From Pyrinomonadaceae bacterium (GTDB lineage: Bacteria > Acidobacteriota > Blastocatellia > Pyrinomonadales > Pyrinomonadaceae): DNA of 64,000 bases. The stretch spans positions 29,639 to 93,638 of the forward strand of contig JBGASE010000001.1 of NCBI GenBank assembly GCA_044229875.1, read 5' to 3'. Each line of letters begins with the position of its first letter. The first letter of the stretch is position 1. Positions 57,778 to 64,000 of this stretch are shown in pieces. The position numbers and the translations under genes were made by a program. The notes under the pieces were generated by a model that worked only from the letters and a program-made list of their open reading frames with translations, ran no database searches and had not been told where the DNA came from.

Positions 57778-59240
57778 GCGAACCTCTCCCAGCCCTTTTT
57801 GACGTTCTTATCGACCATATCGGCAAAAAACGCGTTCGCCTGCTCGATCGTGTTCGCGGGGGTGATGTTTCGTGCTATCGGTTCGGCGCGGCCCGAACTG
57901 AAATCCGTGTAATAGACGACGAACGGCAAAAACTCGCGGGACGCTTCCTTGTTTGTCTTCCAGAGAATGAACTTTCGGACCATCATCTTGTCACCCTGCT
58001 TCTTGGTGTAAACGACGCGCTCGACCAGTTCCGACTTCGGAAGCTGAATATCCTCAACCTTGACGTCGACATCGGGAACCGGAACGATGCTGTCGATCTG
58101 CCGGATGTTGATATCGGCGAGCGATGCGCGTTTGTCTTCACGAAGCCTGACAAACTGTGGCGAAATGATGCTCACAAACGGCAGTCGCCGGCAAGCGACC
58201 CAACGCGCGTCGTCGGGCTGCCAGTCGATCACCATCCGGTTGATCTCGCCGCCGCGCGCTTTTTCCGAGATGATGTCGAGACATTTCATCTCAATGACAT
58301 ATTTCGGACGGACCATTTCATACGCGACGTGATCCGAGTTGACCTCGGTATAGTTCGACGGGGCGACGCTGTCCTTTAGCTCAAGAAACAGATCGCGCCG
58401 TTCCTTCTCGGAAAATCCGCCGCCGACGCGCGTCAGGATGTGATACGTTTCGTCGGGTCGTTTGACGCCGACAAGCAGATCGTGAAGGAGTCCCTTGCGG
58501 TCGTCAACGCTTTCGCTGAACCCGATCACCGCGGCGTCGATCGAGTGCGTCGGTTTGATCTTCCAGCCGCCCTGTTCACCCCAGACGACAAGCCCTTCGG
58601 AGTTCTCGGTCAAAACCCAGTCATGATAAAGCTCTCCAACGTCGCCGGATGATTCGGCTTTCTGAAAATCGACGACCCGCACGAGCTTTCCGCCGTCGAA
58701 AATCCTCGCCAGCCGTTCAAGCTGGGCCGACCAGTCAGTGATCGTCGAATCATCGATTTCAACAACTGCAAACGGCGCCAGCGAGATGTCATTGAGTTCA
58801 TCGGCATCGCGCGGATTTCGAATCACGCGTATCGCATCATGGACGCGTTCGCGACCGTCCTGACGTTTTCGGTGAAACAATTCGCAGGCGATGATCGCCG
58901 ACCGGACGCCGGCCGATCGGAGGCGCTCAACCGCCTCGGCGATGCACGGCAGCCCGACGCGCACCGTGCCGCCGGGGTTGACCGTGAGCGCTTCGCCTTC
59001 ATCGAAACAAAGAAGACAGAATTCACCGTCGATCTTGCGGGTGACCACGAACGTCCCGCTGCGCGGGATCTTCTCGCCGATCTCATCGCCGTTTGTCGGA
59101 TAGAGCATCCCGCTCAGCCGTCGTTTGAAATCCTGCGCCTTGATCTGCAGCGAGAAATTATCGAGCGCGGTCGCCGGCCCGATCATGTAACCGCCAAGCT
59201 TTTGAGTAAATTGCGCGACGTCGTGCTTGAGCGAGATCAT
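57774..59240 (-). CDS. minimal ATP-dependent DNA ligase with about 110-aa C-terminal extension (possibly WGR-like)
   Basis: 488 aa. Motif I TRKIDGEF (Lys69), III IIACELF, IV EGLVVW, V GWKIKP, an OB region, and motif VI-like FVRLREDK. The tail FILWKT...YYTDFSSGRAEPIARNI...EQANAFFADMVDKNVKKGWERF resembles WGR. Confidence 0.8.
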   Translation of the reverse strand: MISLKHDVAQFTQKLGGYMIGPATALDNFSLQIKAQDFKRRLSGMLYPTNGDEIGEKIPRSGTFVVTRKIDGEFCLLCFDEGEALTVNPGGTVRVGLPCIAEAVERLRSAGVRSAIIACELFHRKRQDGRERVHDAIRVIRNPRDADELNDISLAPFAVVEIDDSTITDWSAQLERLARIFDGGKLVRVVDFQKAESSGDVGELYHDWVLTENSEGLVVWGEQGGWKIKPTHSIDAAVIGFSESVDDRKGLLHDLLVGVKRPDETYHILTRVGGGFSEKERRDLFLELKDSVAPSNYTEVNSDHVAYEMVRPKYVIEMKCLDIISEKARGGEINRMVIDWQPDDARWVACRRLPFVSIISPQFVRLREDKRASLADINIRQIDSIVPVPDVDVKVEDIQLPKSELVERVVYTKKQGDKMMVRKFILWKTNKEASREFLPFVVYYTDFSSGRAEPIARNITPANTIEQANAFFADMVDKNVKKGWERFA

Positions 59241-59953
59241 TCCGCGACCTCCACCTGGCTGACCTTCGGGGCCTTGAATTCCATGTTTGAAAGATGGAGC
59301 AGCAGCAGATACTTTTCGCCCTCGACACGACCTTCGAGAAATCCGCGATAGGGTTTTCCGCCGCGTTGGAAGATCAGCGGCTGATTGCCCTTTCCGGCGC
59401 CGAGAATCATGAAAGAGTCGTTCTCGTCGAGTTCCCGGGCGATTTCGTAAAGGAAATCATAAGTCAGGCCGTTGATGTGCGTGATCTGCTTCATGCCGGT
59501 AAAAATGAATTTCCGGACCGCCTCGCACTTTTTGATGAACTTCCCTGTCCAGATCAACGGGATATCGGAGTTGGTGTTTTGCGGCTCGACCTTACGCGGT
59601 CGCCGCTCTTTCAGATTTCCTGCGGCATCGGTTACGACTTCGAATTCCTCGACGTGATATGACAGTTCGCCGTCGACCGCATAAACCCTCGACGTTTCAG
59701 TCAAAAGTTTTCCGAAAAGCTCGAAGTCGATTTCCGGATCGGAATCGGCAATCGCTTTTCCAAGTTCGTCCAGTTCACCCTCAAACTCTTTCAGCAGTTT
59801 CGGGGTTGAGTGTTTGGCATCGCACTGAAGCAAACGGACGGTTTTCGTTTCACGGCGATTTTCATCGAGCCATCTGATGACTCTTTTCGGGCGGACGCCG
59901 AGCAACGAAACGCGGGCGTCACGGCGGTTCTTGTTGGCGAGATTGATCGGCAT
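59237..59953 (-). CDS. unknown 238-aa protein, first gene of the ligase/AEP operon
   Basis: ATG start. Its stop overlaps the ligase ATG (ATGA). No motif recognised, and it does not resemble Ku (no MRAIWKG..FGLV-type N-terminus). Confidence 0.6.
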   Translation of the reverse strand: MPINLANKNRRDARVSLLGVRPKRVIRWLDENRRETKTVRLLQCDAKHSTPKLLKEFEGELDELGKAIADSDPEIDFELFGKLLTETSRVYAVDGELSYHVEEFEVVTDAAGNLKERRPRKVEPQNTNSDIPLIWTGKFIKKCEAVRKFIFTGMKQITHINGLTYDFLYEIARELDENDSFMILGAGKGNQPLIFQRGGKPYRGFLEGRVEGEKYLLLLHLSNMEFKAPKVSQVEVAE

Positions 59954-60024
59954 AATTTGCGTTCGAAATGCTTTTGAATTACTCTCGGTTTTGCCTTTTC
60001 ATCCTAGCATAAGACGAGTTCATT

Positions 60025-60801
60025 TTGGATAAGTTTTCACTTCCAAAAACGTTCGATCATCGCGGTTTCCTGCGGTTCTACTTAGCCGTCGAATGCGTTG
60101 ATGCGATCTCCGCGGGGGTCTGGATTGAGCCGTTAAACGCACTTATTACTGAGTTTAGCGAAGACGAACTGGAAATGATCTCGGATCGCGTCGCGTTGGA
60201 CTCCCGGCTTCAAGCTCATCGCCGCACGTCGCTTATGGAACTCGATCGCCGCGTCCGCGGGTCGCGTCATTTTGGCGAGCTTGATCTGGCGATCACGGAT
60301 TTTGAGCGGCGTTATTTCTGTGAATCTGAGAACGGCGGATGTGTCCGCTGCGGACGCCCGTCGGATGTTGGCGGACCGCTTTGCTCGTCGTGGTTCGGCG
60401 CACCGGAAACAAAACCTGAGGAACCCGTGTCGGTTGCCGTCGATCCGGCGCCGAAGAGCGCTCAACCTGAGTCGGTTCCTGGTTCAGATCCGCTGCTTGA
60501 GTATTTCAAGATCGCGCCGACGCCGGGAGAGATCGGCGGATTCGAATATGACGCACTTATCGATTCGGCCCCCGTCGTCGTTTGGCGGCCGGCGTGTGAG
60601 ATCGAACGCGATTTCGTCGATGACCTGCTCTGCGAAGCGGAAACGGCCGGTATTACACGGCTATTCTTGATCGCAAGAACCGATCTTGGTCCGGACAAGC
60701 TTCCGACCAATCCGAAGGTAGCGCTGATACTCCTGCCGATTCCGCCGGACTTCGGCGCCCCGCTGATGAATGTGATCGAAACCGACGTCGCCTACTCGTG
60801 A
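60025..60801 (+). CDS. unknown 258-aa protein, divergent from the ligase/AEP operon
   Basis: TTG-initiated track ORF; the start is uncertain. Central CVRCGRP...CSSW Cys cluster, a Pro/Glu-rich linker, and a C-terminal alpha/beta-looking block (VVVWRPACEIERDFVDDLLCEAETAGITRLFLIARTDL). Confidence 0.5.
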   Translation: MDKFSLPKTFDHRGFLRFYLAVECVDAISAGVWIEPLNALITEFSEDELEMISDRVALDSRLQAHRRTSLMELDRRVRGSRHFGELDLAITDFERRYFCESENGGCVRCGRPSDVGGPLCSSWFGAPETKPEEPVSVAVDPAPKSAQPESVPGSDPLLEYFKIAPTPGEIGGFEYDALIDSAPVVVWRPACEIERDFVDDLLCEAETAGITRLFLIARTDLGPDKLPTNPKVALILLPIPPDFGAPLMNVIETDVAYS

Positions 60802-60989
60802 TCGAAAATCTCCTCGCCGGTCGAATCTTGATTCCTCCCCGGTTTTTGCATATTTTTGAATTTCGAATGTTTTGAATCTTGATTGTCTGGAATCCGGAAT
60901 CATCGTTTTTGCTCCGTCGCGTTGATTCGGCTAAAATCAAACGTTTGATCCTGATAACAAAAATTTAGCAGAGGGAAATATCAAAAATT

Positions 60990-62459
60990 ATGTCGAATGT
61001 TGCTATTACAGTTGCCAAAGGCGACGGCATTGGACCGGAGATCATGGACGCCACGCTCCATATCCTGAAAGAGGCCGGTGCGCGGATTGATATCGAAGAG
61101 ATCGAGATCGGTGAAAAAGTTTATCTGAGCGGAAATTCGGCCGGTATCGCGCCGGAATCGTGGGAATCGCTCCGCCGGACAAAGGTATTTCTAAAGGCTC
61201 CGATCACAACCCCGCAGGGCGGCGGTTTCAAGTCGCTGAACGTGACCGTCCGCAAAACACTCGGGCTTTACGCGAATATCCGTCCGTGTGTTTCGTACCA
61301 TCCGTTCATCAAAACGAAGCATCCGGTGATGGACGTCGTCATCGTCCGTGAAAATGAAGAAGACACCTACGCCGGCATCGAATACCGGCAGACCGACATG
61401 GTCGAACAGTGTCTCAAGCTGATATCGCGGCCCGGCTGCGAAAAGATCGTCCGCTATGCGTTTGAATACGCGACGCGCAACAATCGCAAGAAGATCACGG
61501 CATTCGTCAAAGACAACATCATGAAACAGACCGACGGTTTGTTCCACAAGGTTTTCGACGAGATCGCCGCCGAATATCCGTCGATCGAAGCCGATCACTG
61601 GATTGTCGATATCGGCGCCGCGAAGATGGCCGATACGCCCGAGAATTTCGACGTTATCGTGATGCCGAATCTTTACGGCGATATCCTTTCGGACGTTGCC
61701 GCGCAGATCGCCGGTTCGGTCGGACTTGCGGGATCAGCGAATATCGGCGAGAACATTTCGATGTTTGAAGCGATCCATGGAAGCGCGCCGCGCCGCGCCG
61801 GCCAGAATCTCGCCAATCCGTCGGGACTGTTCCTCGGCGCGATGATGATGATGGTTCATATCAACCAGCCGGACGTTGCCGAACTTGCGCACAACGCGTG
61901 GCTTCGCACCGTCGAAGACGGCGTTCACACGTACGATATTTTCAAAGACGGCGTCTCAAAGGAAAAAGTCGGCACGAAGGAGTTTGCCGAAGCTGTCGTC
62001 AAACGGCTCGGCCAGAAGCCGGAAACGCTGAAAGCGGTTGAGTACAAAAAGGTTGAAGAGATCGCGGAAGCCGATCGCAAACCGATTTTCTCAGTCCGGA
62101 CTCCGCCGAAAAAGGAACTTGTCGGCGTCGACGTCTTCATCGACTGGCACAACGGCGAGTTTTACGGATCGGGAAGCACGATCGGACCGGAGATCGAAAA
62201 GCTCAACGGCGGCGGACTGAAGCTCGTCATGGTTTCAAACCGCGGCACAAAGGTCTACCCCGACGGCTTGTCCGACACGTTCTGCGTCGATCATTGGCGC
62301 TGCCGTTTCAAGAGCGACAGCGGCTCCGAAGTGATCTCGCACAATCAGGTGATCGAACTTCTGGCGCGTTTTGAAGCCGCTGGCTTCGATTTCGTCAAGA
62401 CCGAAAATCTTTACAACTTTGACGGCTCGCCAGGCTACAGCATGGGCCAGGGCCAGTAA
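60990..62459 (+). CDS. icd: NADP-dependent isocitrate dehydrogenase (long form with C-terminal extension)
   Basis: 489 aa. ITVAKGDGIGPEIMDA, SLNVTVRKTLGLYANIRP, NLYGDILSD, GSAPRRAGQNLANP. Confidence 0.9.
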   Translation: MSNVAITVAKGDGIGPEIMDATLHILKEAGARIDIEEIEIGEKVYLSGNSAGIAPESWESLRRTKVFLKAPITTPQGGGFKSLNVTVRKTLGLYANIRPCVSYHPFIKTKHPVMDVVIVRENEEDTYAGIEYRQTDMVEQCLKLISRPGCEKIVRYAFEYATRNNRKKITAFVKDNIMKQTDGLFHKVFDEIAAEYPSIEADHWIVDIGAAKMADTPENFDVIVMPNLYGDILSDVAAQIAGSVGLAGSANIGENISMFEAIHGSAPRRAGQNLANPSGLFLGAMMMMVHINQPDVAELAHNAWLRTVEDGVHTYDIFKDGVSKEKVGTKEFAEAVVKRLGQKPETLKAVEYKKVEEIAEADRKPIFSVRTPPKKELVGVDVFIDWHNGEFYGSGSTIGPEIEKLNGGGLKLVMVSNRGTKVYPDGLSDTFCVDHWRCRFKSDSGSEVISHNQVIELLARFEAAGFDFVKTENLYNFDGSPGYSMGQGQ

Positions 62460-62462
62460 CAA

Positions 62463-62570
62463 TGCAGAACCGCGCACGAAGTAAGCGGGTGTATGCCCAG
62501 AGCGCATGAAGGACAGGCTGAGTCGTCGGGGCCTGTCGGAGCACCCGCTTACTGCGTGCGCGGTTCTGCA
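62463..62570. repeat. inverted pair of the 29-nt dispersed motif (long hairpin, MITE/REP-like) directly after icd
   Basis: TGCAGAACCGCGCACGAAGTAAGCGGGTG (62463-62491) and CACCCGCTTACTGCGTGCGCGGTTCTGCA (62542-62570). One mismatch, a 50-nt loop with an inner GACAGGC/GCCTGTC stem. Same motif as 30043-30295. Confidence 0.85.
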
Positions 62571-62670
62571 TCGCCGACAGAATTTAGAATTCAGAGTGCC
62601 AAAGATTAAATGCGACCCGCTTGTTCGCAGGGAGTCGAACATAGGAATTTCATCGGGCCAGCTTCGCGGC

Positions 62671-63090
62671 CTACGGCGTTGCCGCGATTACCTCTTCGAT
62701 CAAAATCTGAAAATTCGCCTTTTGGTTCGTTGACTTGTCAGGGGGACGATTTACGAATCGGGCACGAACTCTGACCGGCAGCGATCTGGGTTCAAGTTGT
62801 CGCGTCGTTTGCCAGCCATTGCTGTAGAAAAAGTCCTCAACCTTCTCATTGTCAAAAAAAACCGCGGCGCTCGACTCATCTTTCTGACATTCAGGTCCGT
62901 TCAACCAGCCGCTGCCGTTGGAGACCAGAACGAGTGTTCCCGTCAACACTACGGTCTGTCCGTCATATTTGGACGGGTTCTTGACGATGTCACAATAATT
63001 CAGCTCCGCGACACTCTTCGTTTTCGGAATCGAGTTGGTCGAATTACAGCCCGTCAGCAAGATCAATATCAGTAAGCATGAAATCCGCAT
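62671..63090 (-). CDS. hypothetical lipoprotein
   Basis: Start chosen at MRISCLLILILLTGCNS (lipobox LLTGC). 139 aa; no family recognised. Confidence 0.6.
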   Translation of the reverse strand: MRISCLLILILLTGCNSTNSIPKTKSVAELNYCDIVKNPSKYDGQTVVLTGTLVLVSNGSGWLNGPECQKDESSAAVFFDNEKVEDFFYSNGWQTTRQLEPRSLPVRVRARFVNRPPDKSTNQKANFQILIEEVIAATP

Positions 63091-63311
63091 GATCGCTCGC
63101 CCCGCAACAGATTGATCCCGAAGGCCCGCCAAGTCAAACTGAATTGCGTTTGTTTGCCTTAACCGGGCGATTTATGTACTGGGTTCTGTTTCGCGGCCGG
63201 AGCGTAAAAATTACCACGCGCGCGCGGATGAGAGCCAGAAATGCTTAGAACACATTAGTTTGCTCGGGAATATCGTTTGCTTGAAATGAGGTAGACGGAG
63301 GTGTAAACAAC

Positions 63312-64000
63312 ATGTTTATCCAGCAATCCCCAGCGGCCCGGTTTCGGAAGATAAGTCGGGCGATATTGCCGATCCTGACAATTTCAATTATCACGATCGC
63401 GTACTCGGCCTCGGATACCGCGTTCAGTTCGGTCGGAGAGTCGGCGGAATCAACGCAATTCGAGGCAAAAACTCTATCAGGCACCGTCGATCGCGTGCCG
63501 AACCGAATGGACGATCCGCCGGTCTGCATTCCGCCGCCTGCCGGACTGATCGGTTGGTGGACCGGTGACGGAAGCGGCGTCGATATCGCAGGCACCAACC
63601 ACGCGACGGCTCAAAACGGCGGCGGATTCACGACCGCCGGACAGGTCGCCGGAGCCTTCAATTTCGTGAATCCGCCGAACGCGACGTCCGGCCAGTTCGC
63701 ACAGATCACGTCGCCAGCCGGAATTCCAACCGGAAATTCGCCGCGAACCGTCAGTCTTTGGTTCAAGACCGCGACAAATCTGTCGAGTGCGACGGAATCT
63801 GCGCTGTTCAATTACGGCGAACAGTCTGCAGGGCACACGTTCGGCCTGATCACGTCGGCCAACGCCCCCGGGAAACTCTACTTTTACGGCCACGCCGCCG
63901 ATCTCGGCGGAACGACGACGATCCTGCCGGACACGTGGTATTTCGGATCGGTAACCTACGACGGCACAACAGTTCGCCTGTATCTCAACGGGCAACTTGA
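63312..64000 (+). CDS. LamG/concanavalin-A-like lectin domain protein (3' end lies outside the window)
   Basis: GGAGG lies 10 nt upstream of ATG 63312. The frame stays open to the window end (not in the ORF track). TM/signal anchor, then GLIGWWTGDGSGVDIAG...RTVSLWFKT...WYFGSVTYDGTTVRLYLNGQL, typical of LamG_3-type domains. Confidence 0.75.
   Translation, partial: MFIQQSPAARFRKISRAILPILTISIITIAYSASDTAFSSVGESAESTQFEAKTLSGTVDRVPNRMDDPPVCIPPPAGLIGWWTGDGSGVDIAGTNHATAQNGGGFTTAGQVAGAFNFVNPPNATSGQFAQITSPAGIPTGNSPRTVSLWFKTATNLSSATESALFNYGEQSAGHTFGLITSANAPGKLYFYGHAADLGGTTTILPDTWYFGSVTYDGTTVRLYLNGQL

Noticed and set aside
59237-59953. I considered calling the operon-leading 238-aa protein a divergent Ku.
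   Set aside because: It has no similarity to the conserved bacterial Ku N-terminus or beta-barrel pattern that I can see by eye. It is left as unknown, and the Ku-analogue idea is reported only as a hypothesis.
62600-62640. On the minus strand, GTTCGACTCCCTGCGAACAAGCGGGTCGCA resembles a tRNA 3' half downstream of icd, which is a classical prophage integration gene in E. coli.
   Set aside because: No complementary 5' T-stem, acceptor pairing or CCA could be built, and no integrase or phage genes are adjacent. Treated as a chance resemblance.

Overview
This 64-kb window looks like a chromosomal segment from an Acidobacteriota-type bacterium. That assignment is an inference from a CarboxypepD_reg-fused TonB receptor, a TIGR03436-type VWA protein and the overall gene content; there is no rRNA gene to confirm it. 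About 60 protein-coding genes can be supported. Most are housekeeping or core metabolism: fahA, a crtI-like desaturase, bamA, ribF, mazG, tkt, folA, murA, kynA, cspA, selA, serC, an acyl-CoA ligase, the ffh-rpsP-KH-rimM-trmD-rplS-rnhB cluster and icd. There are also several c-di-GMP signalling proteins. By eye I found no rRNA, tRNA, CRISPR array, transposase or integrase. Two accessory patches stand out. (1) 43.4-48.1 kb is a visibly more A+T-rich island between the acyl-CoA ligase gene and ffh. It holds orphan Rhs/YD junction remnants, one intact orphan Rhs C-terminal toxin with an unrecognised toxin domain and an adjacent immunity candidate, and about six further small immunity-like ORFs. 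MITE-like GATTTCGGATT-type repeats are interspersed among them. (2) 56.6-60.8 kb is a translationally coupled three-gene operon with a divergent orphan gene. The operon encodes an unknown 238-aa protein, a minimal ATP-dependent DNA ligase with a possible WGR-like tail, and an archaeo-eukaryotic primase-polymerase fused to a HAD phosphatase. Together these supply LigD-type polymerase, 3'-end-cleaning and ligase activities in a different architecture and with no Ku in the window. This is my best candidate for an undescribed end-healing/sealing or conflict system. Other observations: a 28-aa Lys/Cys-rich micro-ORF with its own near-consensus promoter; an orphan LysW-like carrier protein with an aberrant tail; a brnT/brnA pair whose toxin is frameshifted in a T5 run; a triplicated repeat unit that supplies the rnhB start codon; and a 29-nt dispersed repeat seen once as a 61-nt minisatellite and once as a long hairpin after icd. 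Hand-derived coordinates for non-ORF features may be off by 1-2 nt.
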